A stretch of 64,000 nucleotides of DNA, taken from the NCBI GenBank assembly GCA_963729715.1, contig CAVSPA010000012.1:1-64000 (forward strand), read 5' to 3'. Below the pieces are notes generated by a model. It made no database searches. It saw only the letters and a program-made list of their open reading frames with translations, and was not told the origin of the DNA. The stretch comes from an uncultured delta proteobacterium (GTDB lineage Bacteria > Desulfobacterota > Syntrophia > Syntrophales > UBA2185). This document shows positions 40,887 to 50,362 of this stretch, piece by piece; positions within the stretch are counted from its first letter, which is position 1; each line of letters begins with the position of its first letter. The translations under genes and the position numbers were made by a program.

Positions 40887-42527
40887 ATGAGAAATTTAGC
40901 GTATTTGGGTTTGTTGATTATCATAACCGCTCATATAGCCTTAGGGGGCTGCAGTCAGAAAGACGAACGAGTCACCGCCAGAAACCTGACCGATTCAGGA
41001 CCTGCCTATGGGGACATTATGGTTGAGGGCTCCATTGGTGATGCCAGCAATCTGATTCCCATCCTTTCTTCAGACAGTACTTCGCATGAAATCTCCGGAC
41101 TGGTCTTTAACGGTCTCGTCAAATATGACAAAGATGTAAACATAGTGGGAGACCTCGCTGAATCGTGGGAAGTATCCAAGGACGGGCTTGTCATTACGTT
41201 TCACCTGAGGACGGGTGTTAAATGGCATGACGGCCATCCTTTTACCGCCCGCGACGTCTTGTATACATATCAGGTTACGATTGACCCCAAGACGCCCACT
41301 GCCTATTCCGGTGACTTCCTCAAGGTGAAGAAGGCAGAGGTTCTCGACGATTATACCTTCCGGGTTTCTTATGAGAAGCCCTTCGCCCCCGCGCTCATGA
41401 GCTGGGGAACAACGGTTCTGCCGCAGCATCTTCTCGAAGGGAAAGACATCACAACATCTTCCTTGGCGCGCCATCCCATAGGCACAGGACCGTATATCTT
41501 CAAGGAGTGGGTGCCGGGCCAGAAGATCGTCCTCATCTCCAACCCGGACTATTTCGAGGGCAGGCCGTATATCGATGGTTACATTATGCGGATCATACCG
41601 GATACCGCTACCATGTTTCTCGAACTGCGTGCAAACGGCATCGACCGGATGAACTTGACACCTCTTCAGTACACGAGGCAGACGGAAAACAATCTCTTCC
41701 GGAAGAATTTCAACAAGTACAGGTATCTCTCCTTTTCGTACACTTACCTGGGCTACAATCTGAAAAATCCGCTGTTCGCAGACAAACGTGTACGGCAGGC
41801 CATCGCATATGCTATCAATAAAGACGAAATCATCGAGGGCGTCTTACTGGGCTTGGGCAAAGAAGCCACGGGTCCCTACAAGCCGGGCACCTGGGTTTAT
41901 AATCCCAATGTAGAGACGTACCCGTACGACCCGAAGAAGGCAAAGGAGCTTTTGGCGGCTGCCGGGTGGAAGGATACTGACGGTGACGGCATACTGGATA
42001 AAGATGGGCAACCTTTTGTTTTTGAAATCATCACGAATCAGGGCAACGAAATCCGGGCAAAATGTGCAGAGATTATTCAGAGGCGTCTTTCCGAGATAGG
42101 CATAAAGGTTAAGATTAGGGTCCTAGAGTGGGCTGCCTTTGTAAATGATTTCATTAACAAGCGACGCTTTGATGCCACGATCCTGGGCTGGACCATACCT
42201 CTCGATCCCGATATATACGATGTTTGGCATTCGAGTAAGACAGGACCACAGGAGCTGAACTTTATATCATACAAGAACGAAGAGGTTGACAGACTCATAG
42301 AAAAGGGAAGGGACACCTTCGACCAGAAAGAAAGAAAAAAATATTATGACAGGATCCAGGAGATATTAGCGGAAGACCAGCCGTATACGTTCCTGTATGT
42401 CCCCGATGCCCTGCCGATAATCCATGCCCGCTTCCATGGCATTAAACCTGCACCTCTCGGAATCGGATACAATTTTATCAAGTGGTATGTTCCCAAAGAG
42501 GAACAAAAACTGGTCATGACGAGATGA
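40887..42527 (+). CDS. ABC peptide-binding lipoprotein (family 5, OppA/AppA-like)
   Basis: Lipobox LGGC; motifs LAESWEVS.DG..ITFHLR.GVKWHDG.PFTA.DV, PIGTGPY and VRQAIAYAIN. Confidence 0.93.
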   Translation: MRNLAYLGLLIIITAHIALGGCSQKDERVTARNLTDSGPAYGDIMVEGSIGDASNLIPILSSDSTSHEISGLVFNGLVKYDKDVNIVGDLAESWEVSKDGLVITFHLRTGVKWHDGHPFTARDVLYTYQVTIDPKTPTAYSGDFLKVKKAEVLDDYTFRVSYEKPFAPALMSWGTTVLPQHLLEGKDITTSSLARHPIGTGPYIFKEWVPGQKIVLISNPDYFEGRPYIDGYIMRIIPDTATMFLELRANGIDRMNLTPLQYTRQTENNLFRKNFNKYRYLSFSYTYLGYNLKNPLFADKRVRQAIAYAINKDEIIEGVLLGLGKEATGPYKPGTWVYNPNVETYPYDPKKAKELLAAAGWKDTDGDGILDKDGQPFVFEIITNQGNEIRAKCAEIIQRRLSEIGIKVKIRVLEWAAFVNDFINKRRFDATILGWTIPLDPDIYDVWHSSKTGPQELNFISYKNEEVDRLIEKGRDTFDQKERKKYYDRIQEILAEDQPYTFLYVPDALPIIHARFHGIKPAPLGIGYNFIKWYVPKEEQKLVMTR

Positions 42528-42754
42528 AGCTGCTACGTGACTTAATCACCGGCATTAATGCGGTTACATCCGCAAGCAATTATCTCTGAGGGCAAGACTC
42601 TTTTCTGCCGAACAGCGTCGGACGATGATTAGCTTTTTTTTGAAATCATTATTTCAGCATCTGCCATGACAGCACCATCACGGATTTGCCTTTCACCAAA
42701 CTCTCGGGCCAATAGGTTTTACTTTCAGTCTAAAATGGGTTATAAATAAAATCT

Positions 42755-43657
42755 ATGGAACGGCACAAAAAAAGCTCCGTTGAGGGTCAGGAGCTTAAGG
42801 ATCATGTCATAGAGTTCTGTGAGTCTCAGGGAGCAGACCTTGTCGGTTTTGCACCTGTGGAGCGTTGGGATGACGCCGCGGAGGTGCCGCCCGATTTCCG
42901 TCCCCGGGCCCTCTGGTCACCGGCACGGACCGTTATCGTGATCGGCCTTGAAATGCCCCTTCCTATCGTGGAGACGACACCCTCCGTCCTCCATATGGAG
43001 CTGTACCGGACGGCAAACCGGAAGCTGGACACGCTGGCCTATGATCTGACCCGACATCTCAACCGTATGGGACACGCCTCCTTTTTTTTCGGCCGCGATG
43101 TCTACGCCAACCTGAAGGCCCTGCGAGATGCGCCCATGGCCGCATTCAGTCACGCTATGGCAGCGAAATACGCCGGCCTCGGCACCATCGGCGTCAGCCA
43201 CTGCCTTCTGACGCCTGAATTCGGTCCCAGGGTGCGGTTTGTTTCCGTCTTCACGGCAGCCGTCATACCGCCAGACCCCCTCGTGGAGAAGGAGCTCTGC
43301 ATCAAGTGCGAACTCTGCTGCCGTTGCTGCCCCAGGAAGGCTCTCACGATGCGCGAAGACTGCGTAATCGGTGACTGCGATAAAATGGCCTGTCTAACAA
43401 TGGCCGAAGATCTGACCCGAAGAGGCTGCTATCCCTGCGGTATCTGCACCAAGGTATGTCCCATTGGCAAGGATCGGGTGCTCTACAAACAGAAGGGCAT
43501 GCGAACGAAATACCTCGAGGAGGCCAAGGCTCTTGCCGCAGACCCCGACGATCCCAAATACAAGTCATGGACGCATGTACGGAAATACGGACTCACGAAG
43601 GAGAAGGCCGCTCCGGTCTCCAGAACAAGAGAAAACGGGAAGAAAGAGGAAGCGTGA
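42755..43657 (+). CDS. Epoxyqueuosine-reductase-like (QueG/RdhA superfamily) Fe-S protein
   Basis: GADLVG.A, SH..AA.YAGLG.IG, TPEFGPRVR; Cys clusters CIKCELCCRCCP and CYPCGICTKVCP. Confidence 0.8.
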   Translation: MERHKKSSVEGQELKDHVIEFCESQGADLVGFAPVERWDDAAEVPPDFRPRALWSPARTVIVIGLEMPLPIVETTPSVLHMELYRTANRKLDTLAYDLTRHLNRMGHASFFFGRDVYANLKALRDAPMAAFSHAMAAKYAGLGTIGVSHCLLTPEFGPRVRFVSVFTAAVIPPDPLVEKELCIKCELCCRCCPRKALTMREDCVIGDCDKMACLTMAEDLTRRGCYPCGICTKVCPIGKDRVLYKQKGMRTKYLEEAKALAADPDDPKYKSWTHVRKYGLTKEKAAPVSRTRENGKKEEA

Positions 43658-44394
43658 AGATGGCGGTCACAAATCTGGAACAATTCTGTGAAGGCTTTAA
43701 AGACCTTCTTAAGGGCAAACCGGACATATCAACACTCATCAGAACAGGCCGGACTCTTTTGAGCGAACTGATGAGTCAGAAGGAGTGGTTCGGCGACATC
43801 CTTGAGAGGGTTCTTTTCGATAAGGAATTTCCCGAAAGCCAAAAGCCCGGCATCTGGCCCAACGAGATTACTCTGCACAGAAGTTCCGACCGCTCTTTCC
43901 TTGTCCTGTGCTATATTTGGGACCCGGGTCTAAGTGATGCCATTCATGATCACGGATCATGGGGAATCATCGGAAGCTTCGTTCAGTCCATCGGGGAACG
44001 CAAGTATATGCGCCTGGACGATTGCAAAAAAGAAGGGTACGCAGAATTGGAGGAGGTTTCTTCGACCGTCCTCAATCCGACTGAAACGACATATGTGCTG
44101 CCTCTGAATAAGGGAATTCACAGAATGGAAAACTTCGGGAGCGATACGGCCATCACTATTAATATATACGGACCGAACGTCCGGAAAGGATATGTACAGT
44201 TCTTCTACCCGGAGATGAATTCCGTAAGCAGGGTCTATCCGCCGAAAACCCTCAGGGAGGCCTTGGCCGTCCGCGCCCTCGGGAGCATGGCGGCGCCCTG
44301 GAGCGAGGAGTTGCTGAAACGCGTACAGGCGAGCGCGCTTCCCGATTACATTAAGAAGGAGGGCGAGATTTCGCTGGCCAAGCTAAAGACATGA
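43654..44394 (+). CDS. Cysteine-dioxygenase-like cupin
   Basis: W.PG....IHDHGSWG and GIHRMEN (three His). GTG start overlaps the upstream stop; ATG 43660 is an alternative start. Confidence 0.75.
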   Translation: MKMAVTNLEQFCEGFKDLLKGKPDISTLIRTGRTLLSELMSQKEWFGDILERVLFDKEFPESQKPGIWPNEITLHRSSDRSFLVLCYIWDPGLSDAIHDHGSWGIIGSFVQSIGERKYMRLDDCKKEGYAELEEVSSTVLNPTETTYVLPLNKGIHRMENFGSDTAITINIYGPNVRKGYVQFFYPEMNSVSRVYPPKTLREALAVRALGSMAAPWSEELLKRVQASALPDYIKKEGEISLAKLKT

Positions 44395-44532
44395 TGCTTC
44401 TACCGCGATGGGGATGATATAGTCTCGAGAAGGTCGGCATGATGGTAGTATGTTAAACACCTTTAGCACTTGAAATCGCGGACACTCTGATGTAGAAATG
44501 ACTCATCAACAAAAACCGAAAGGAGCTTAACA

Positions 44533-44907
44533 ATGAAAAGGCATTCCTTGCTGATTGGCGTATTGTGTCTGTTAGTGGCTCTCTCCGCATGCGGCATGCA
44601 GAGCGTGAGACATGGAGCTATGATCGATGAGGCGAAGGTGAAAAGCAATGTTATCGACGACAAGACGACAGAGTCCGACGTGGTGCTGATGTTCGGTTCC
44701 CCCACTAGGACCATGGAAAATCCGAAGAGGTTTATCTATGAGTGGTCAGAAACAAGCAAGTCCACTATACCTTTGTACGGCTCGACGACCACCGTAACCT
44801 ACAACCTCATTATCCTCTTTGATAGCAATGGTGTCGTAAAAAACCATAATATTATGAAGACCGGTGAGGAGTCAAAAAAAGGTTTCGGCGAACAGAAAGA
44901 CAAGTAG
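44533..44907 (+). CDS. Small lipoprotein (SmpA/BamE-like)
   Basis: SD AAGGAG, lipobox LSAC, and TT.SDV...FG.P ... L.I.FD.NGVV. Confidence 0.75.
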   Translation: MKRHSLLIGVLCLLVALSACGMQSVRHGAMIDEAKVKSNVIDDKTTESDVVLMFGSPTRTMENPKRFIYEWSETSKSTIPLYGSTTTVTYNLIILFDSNGVVKNHNIMKTGEESKKGFGEQKDK

Positions 44908-45247
44908 GTTGTGTTTGGTTGAGATAGGTTGGAAGCAAAGAATAAAGAATAAAATCCGAATATTTTTATAATCAAAGCGTCATACGGGCCTGACCTTGCC
45001 TTCTATTTGTACCGGATGCAAGGTTGCAGGTTCGTTTTCTTGATAAAGTTTGAGTATTATTTGCCATCTCAACCCGTGAGAACCGCATTTCATCGATTCA
45101 CGACTTTTAGCATTAGCACTTGAAATCGATGCCTCCCAAATTCTTAGTTACTTCACACGGTTTTTGTTTGGAGAATTCTGTGGGTATATGCTGATTCCCA
45201 CGAGATTGTGATCGATACATTTATTTATAAGAACTAATCAGGGGCCA

Positions 45248-45868
45248 ATGCAAATGATCAAACCAACACGGACCATAAGTAAACTCATAAACGGGACGCC
45301 TATTACCATCGTGGCCCTCGGCGATTCCCTGACGCAGGGCTGGATGGTCTCGAATGGTTATATTGATTTCCTGAGAGAAATGCTTCGCAGGAAGTTTCCT
45401 GAAAGCAGATTCAAGCTTGTTAATAGCGGCATACCTGGCGATACGGCTGATTCCGGCCTTTACAGACTGATGGGGGACGTTCTTTACTACAATCCCGATT
45501 GCGTCTTCATACAATACGCAATCAACGATGCCTTTTCGGGATTTACAGAGCAGCAATTTAAGAAGAACATAAAAGGTATTATTGAGAAAATTAACGAAAA
45601 TGCTCATACGGATATCATCCTGATAACCTCAGATTATATTGGGGACAATGATGATAACCGCAGCATAGAAAAATATTATCAGCAGCTCACAGCGCTGGGA
45701 GAAGACTACCGCATTCCTGTCGTGCAGGTGCACGAGTACTGGAAGAAGAAGATCGCGGATGGAATCCCGTTCGAATCTTTGGTGCAGTATGATGGCGTGC
45801 ATCCCACAGAGGAAGGTTACAGGCTCATGGCGGAGGCCGTCATGAAGCTATTTGAGATAAACGGTTAA
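45248..45868 (+). CDS. SGNH/GDSL hydrolase
   Basis: Motifs LGDSLTQG, NSGIPG, AIND and DGVHPT.EGY. Confidence 0.93.
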   Translation: MQMIKPTRTISKLINGTPITIVALGDSLTQGWMVSNGYIDFLREMLRRKFPESRFKLVNSGIPGDTADSGLYRLMGDVLYYNPDCVFIQYAINDAFSGFTEQQFKKNIKGIIEKINENAHTDIILITSDYIGDNDDNRSIEKYYQQLTALGEDYRIPVVQVHEYWKKKIADGIPFESLVQYDGVHPTEEGYRLMAEAVMKLFEING

Positions 45869-46011
45869 GGACAGTACGTTTAGACCTTGTCTTCTTCGGC
45901 AGGCGTTATTAAATTAAAAAAAAGTGTAAGGCATACAAAACGGAAATATTCTTCTTGCCTCTATTGCCTTCACCTCCATCTCAGCCCGATGGAAGGCGTG
46001 CATGACTATAT

Positions 46012-47490
46012 ATGGATGAGCCATTCATTACACTCGAAGATATCACAATTCGCTTGCGCGATAAATTTATCCTGTCCCATACTTCGTGGAATATTCTGAC
46101 CGGCCAGCATTGGGCGATACTGGGACCGAACGGAGCTGGCAAGTCTTCGCTGGTCAGGGTTCTCACAGGCGATGTCCCCTATGTTCGGGGCAGCATCACT
46201 CATCACTTTCCGGAGTATCCCGCCGAGATAATTGGTTGTGTGTCATCCGAACTCCAGGAACATTTGATCGCAAGGGAGAAATTTCAGGATATGTCGCGCG
46301 ATTTTGCCGGCAAGCTTGATGATTTTGAAAAAGCGAGAACAACAATTCTTGCCGGCGATCATGATGGAAGGGACGACTTGCCTGATTTTGAGAGGATTGT
46401 GGAGATTCTCGGTATTGGCTACCTTCTGGATCGCGGTATACGTTATCTCTCCTCCGGCGAAATGAGGAAGGTGCTAATTGCCAGGGCATTAATCAAATCT
46501 CCGAGGCTCCTGGTTCTCGACGAACCTTTTGCCGGCATCGATACGGGATCACGAAAAGAAATCACCGAATCCATGAAAGAACTTGTGAGGCAGGGACTTC
46601 AAATAATCCTTGTTACTCACCGCGTAGAGGAGATACTTCCCTTCATCTCGAACGTACTCTTCGTCAAGAATGGCAAAGTCATGATGCAAGGCAAACGAAA
46701 CGACATCCTAACAAGTGAAAATCTGAACCTTCTGTATGATGTGAAATATTTCGACCATGGGTTTACATTGGACAACAGAAAGCCCGGAGCTGCAAAAAGT
46801 GCGTCATATAAAAACGGGATATTAGTGGATATGAGAAATGTGTCCGTGAAATATGGGAATATACTGGTCTTGAATAATTTGACCTGGACTGTCAGGCGAC
46901 ATGAAAACTGGGCGATTGTCGGGCCGAGTGGTTCTGGGAAAAGCACCCTCCTGAGTTTGATTGCAGGCGATAATCCTCAGGCATATGGCAATGAAATATA
47001 CTTGTTCGGCAGGAGGAGGGGAACGGGAGAGAGCATCTGGGATATCAAGGGGCGTATCGGCATGGTGTCTTCAGAGATGCAAACGCTCTACAGAAAAGAG
47101 ATAATTGCATGTGATGTGGTGGCATCGGGCATCTTTGACTCCATAGGACTCTACAGAAATCTTAATTCGGAACAAAGGCAACAGGCCGATAAATGGATTG
47201 AGTTTTTCGGCATATCACATATTGCACATAATATATTCACGCGCCTTTCTTTCGGGGAAAGAAGGATGGTGCTCCTCGCCCGATCCATGGTGAAGTCACC
47301 CGAGCTTCTTATACTTGATGAACCATGCCAAGGTCTCGACCAGGAGAATCGGAAGCTGTTTATGGGCCTGATTGAGATGATCGGCAGAAATACAGATACA
47401 AATCTCTTATATGTGACGCATTATCGAGATGAGCTTCCTGCATGTATTGACCATATTCTGACATTGAAAAGCCGGAACAAAATGAAATAG
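46012..47490 (+). CDS. modF: ModF-like ABC ATPase with two ATP-binding domains
   Basis: HWAILGPNGAGKS / LSSGE and NWAIVGPSGSGKS..GDNPQAY.N...FGRRRGTGESIWDIK. Confidence 0.85.
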   Translation: MDEPFITLEDITIRLRDKFILSHTSWNILTGQHWAILGPNGAGKSSLVRVLTGDVPYVRGSITHHFPEYPAEIIGCVSSELQEHLIAREKFQDMSRDFAGKLDDFEKARTTILAGDHDGRDDLPDFERIVEILGIGYLLDRGIRYLSSGEMRKVLIARALIKSPRLLVLDEPFAGIDTGSRKEITESMKELVRQGLQIILVTHRVEEILPFISNVLFVKNGKVMMQGKRNDILTSENLNLLYDVKYFDHGFTLDNRKPGAAKSASYKNGILVDMRNVSVKYGNILVLNNLTWTVRRHENWAIVGPSGSGKSTLLSLIAGDNPQAYGNEIYLFGRRRGTGESIWDIKGRIGMVSSEMQTLYRKEIIACDVVASGIFDSIGLYRNLNSEQRQQADKWIEFFGISHIAHNIFTRLSFGERRMVLLARSMVKSPELLILDEPCQGLDQENRKLFMGLIEMIGRNTDTNLLYVTHYRDELPACIDHILTLKSRNKMK

Positions 47491-47789
47491 GAACGGCAAT
47501 ATGATCGAGCGACAGCTGGCATATTCGCTCTTTATTTAGTATATATCATTTTTATGGAATCACGCCAAATTTCCGCAGCATTTTCCCAGGGTTCCACCTG
47601 CAAGCCCACCCTGGTATGGGTTTTCCCCTAGTATTTCTTACGCATTTTTCCCGTATTGCTTTTTTGAATGCACACATATTGAATGGCGACTGCATCTACC
47701 GCCCGGGCCGACTGATGAGTCTAAGAAATTCAGATTAGCAATCAGCGATCCGTTTCCCGCTTTGTTTTTGACTTTTCATGGGGTCACAA

Positions 47790-48222
47790 ATGATGAAATC
47801 GAGAAAGGGATTTACGCTTGTTGAATTGATGATCGTCATTAATCGGCGGATTAGCACTTCATGTCTATACGCTGAACAGGAATCTCAAGTCAGCGGCGAG
47901 AGAGATAGCATCTGATTTTTTTGTGTACAGAGCAAGGGCGGTATCTGAGGGCAAGACCTATCGAATCGCCTTTGATATTGACGGAAACAGCTATACCATC
48001 CAACCGGGCTCATCCACTCCTGTCACGCGGAGTCCTATGGCATTTGGGTCTGACATTAGAATCATAGACGCCAATTTCGGAGCAGGGGAGACCGTTAATT
48101 TCCTACCCAGAGGAACCGTGTCACCATTCGGAAATATCAAACTCAGAAACAGCAGGCAGTCCAATGCGACAATCAAGGTCAATATAACGGGAAGAACGTA
48201 TGTCAAATTTGATATTAAATAG
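47790..48222 (+). pseudogene. FimT/GspH-like minor pilin with a frameshifting deletion in the hydrophobic helix
   Basis: MMKSRKG|FTLVELMIVI, then a shift near 47841 into IGGLALHVYTLNRNLKSAAREIASDF..RARAV...NFLPRGT...NITGRT. Confidence 0.8.
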
Positions 48223-48275
48223 AAGGTGTCGAAGAAAGTGCGATACATGCATAACATCTCATTTTCTTATGCCCA

Positions 48276-49667
48276 TTATGATCGCACCTTGAGGCGGCTT
48301 TTCAAGTAATTCTTGAATTCTTCGTAGCTTGCGGAAAGCTCAAAGGCCCCCCCTTTTTTCTGATCAATGCCCTTCATGCTCTCTGGCAGTTCAGGGTTTA
48401 TTCCCAAGAGGTCTTTGATTTCGTCGGGAAATTTTGCTGGATGGGCTGTCTCGATGGATACGCATAGAGGGAAGTCACCATCTCGTTCCAGATATGCCTC
48501 AAGGCCTCTCCAACCTACCGCTCCGTGGGGTTCCAGAAGGATTCCATACTGATCATATGCCCTTCTGATTGTTTTTCTTGTCTCCTCGTCGGTGATACTC
48601 GCGGAGAAGATCCATCGCCTCATCGCGTCTATGTCCGGGTATCTATGCACAGTGCCCCCGCGATCGACTGTTCCCCCGTACAGGTCGAAGAAGCGGGCGA
48701 GGTTGCTTGGATGACCCACGTTCATGGCGCTGGAAAGACACGCCCGAGAAGGCGATATTTTCTTGTACACACCTGTCTCCAGAAACCTGGGAAATTCGTC
48801 ATTCTCGTTAGTAGGCATAACAAGCCTTTTCACAGGGAGGCCCATCCTTCTTGCATATTCGCATCCCAAGGCGTCGCCGAAATTTCCCGAAGGAACGGAA
48901 AAAACTATTTCTTCGCCAGTTCCCGCAAGTTGTGAATAGGCGTAGATGTAATAAATAATCTGCGGGAGTATCCTTCCGAAATTTATCGAATTTGCCGAGG
49001 TCAGGTTAAGGTCAGTGAAAGACGGATCCGAGAAGGCCTGTTTGACAAGGTTCTGGCAATCGTCAAACTTGCCCAGTACAGAGACGGCCTGAACATTTTC
49101 GCCGATGGTGTCGAGCTGTTTCTTCTGCCTGCCACTGACTTCGCCTTTCGGATAAAGTATGTAGACGTCAATACCTTCGACGCCTTTGAAGGCCTCACCA
49201 ACAGCGCTTCCTGTGTCTCCCGATGTGGCAACGAGGACATTCAGCCTCGTATCCGGATCACGGAAGTAGCTCATCAAGCGGGCCATCATCCTGGCTGCAA
49301 AATCCTTGAAAGAGGCGGTGGGTCCCTGATCGAGCCTCATGATGAATTTGCGGTCTACCACTCTTTCGATGGGGATCGGGTAGTTGTACGACTCTCTGAC
49401 AATTTTCTCCAGCGCCTCGCTGTGGATTTCATCTGCGAGGAATGCCGTCGCAACAAGTATGGCCGCTCCCGTGTAGGGTGTCCCCTGCAGGGCCATGATA
49501 CTCTGCATGGGAATGACCGGGATGGGATCCGGCATGAAAAGTCCTTCGTCGGGCGCCTGACCAAGAAGGAGTGCATCTCTGAAAGAAACAGAATTCTTCC
49601 ATGGAACCAGGCCCGGGATACCGGCGAGATTCCTATTTGTGCTATAGTAATAGATTCTCTGCGACAT
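48276..49667 (-). CDS. thrC: Threonine synthase
   Basis: Motifs GPTASFKDFAAR, ATSGDTGSAV, SANSINFGR, VPSGNFG and TAHPAKF. Confidence 0.95.
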   Translation of the reverse strand: MSQRIYYYSTNRNLAGIPGLVPWKNSVSFRDALLLGQAPDEGLFMPDPIPVIPMQSIMALQGTPYTGAAILVATAFLADEIHSEALEKIVRESYNYPIPIERVVDRKFIMRLDQGPTASFKDFAARMMARLMSYFRDPDTRLNVLVATSGDTGSAVGEAFKGVEGIDVYILYPKGEVSGRQKKQLDTIGENVQAVSVLGKFDDCQNLVKQAFSDPSFTDLNLTSANSINFGRILPQIIYYIYAYSQLAGTGEEIVFSVPSGNFGDALGCEYARRMGLPVKRLVMPTNENDEFPRFLETGVYKKISPSRACLSSAMNVGHPSNLARFFDLYGGTVDRGGTVHRYPDIDAMRRWIFSASITDEETRKTIRRAYDQYGILLEPHGAVGWRGLEAYLERDGDFPLCVSIETAHPAKFPDEIKDLLGINPELPESMKGIDQKKGGAFELSASYEEFKNYLKSRLKVRS

Positions 49668-49770
49668 GGTAAACTAAAGATATCCTTCTGAAATATTCCA
49701 CCACACAGTGGATACGTACAAGTTATAACTATCACAATAGCGGTGATCAAGCAAATACGTAAATTTTTTC

Positions 49771-49829
49771 TTGACAACGACATTTTTTTGGCTTAATCAC
49801 TACTCAAGCGATAGTATTAGTAGTAATTA
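49771..49829 (+). promoter_or_regulatory. Promoter and inverted repeat upstream of the Rrf2 gene
   Basis: TTGACA at 49771; arms TAATCACTACT / AGTAGTAATTA (one mismatch) with a 14-bp spacer. Confidence 0.5.
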
Positions 49830-49844
49830 TATACAAGATAGCTT

Positions 49845-50285
49845 ATGAAACTTTCCACGAGAGCTCGATATGGAGTCCGGTTGATGGTTGCCTTGGCCCT
49901 TAATTATGGGAAGGGCCTCGTATTTCTGAAGGACATTGCCAAGGGAGAGGATATCTCTGAGAAGTACCTCAGCCAAATCATCATACCCTTACGCGGAGTC
50001 GGTTTGGTTAATTCCAGCAGGGGGGCATATGGGGGATATAGTCTTGCCAAAGACCCATCGCAGATTACGATGAAAGAGATCATGAACGTACTCGAGGGAG
50101 ACTGCTCCCTAGTGGACTGTGTGAAGGATCCATCCAAATGTCCGAGGGTGCCCATCTGTGCGAGCCATGACGTCTGGGCGATCATAGGCGGAAAGATTTC
50201 AGAGACCTTGAGTTCGATAACCCTGGATATGCTGGTCAGGATGAATCAGGAAAAAGCTCAAAAGGCGATGATGCATAATATCTGA
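49845..50285 (+). CDS. Rrf2-family regulator (IscR-like)
   Basis: MKLSTRARYG, S.RGAYGGY.LA, and three Cys (C-x6-C-x5-C); precedes iscS-iscU. Confidence 0.93.
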   Translation: MKLSTRARYGVRLMVALALNYGKGLVFLKDIAKGEDISEKYLSQIIIPLRGVGLVNSSRGAYGGYSLAKDPSQITMKEIMNVLEGDCSLVDCVKDPSKCPRVPICASHDVWAIIGGKISETLSSITLDMLVRMNQEKAQKAMMHNI

Positions 50286-50362
50286 AAGATGCCAATATCC
50301 CAAAAGCCTCTTAGGAGGATAAACGGCAGGACGGATAATGGATCATCTGGCGAGGATTTAGA

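Noticed and set aside
44463..44490. TTAGCACT as a CIRCE element
   Set aside because: Only a half site; GAGTGCTAA is absent and there are no chaperone genes.
47712..47730. CTGATGAG...GAAA resembling a hammerhead ribozyme core
   Set aside because: No stem II closes before GAAA (G faces A), and I found no convincing stems I and III.
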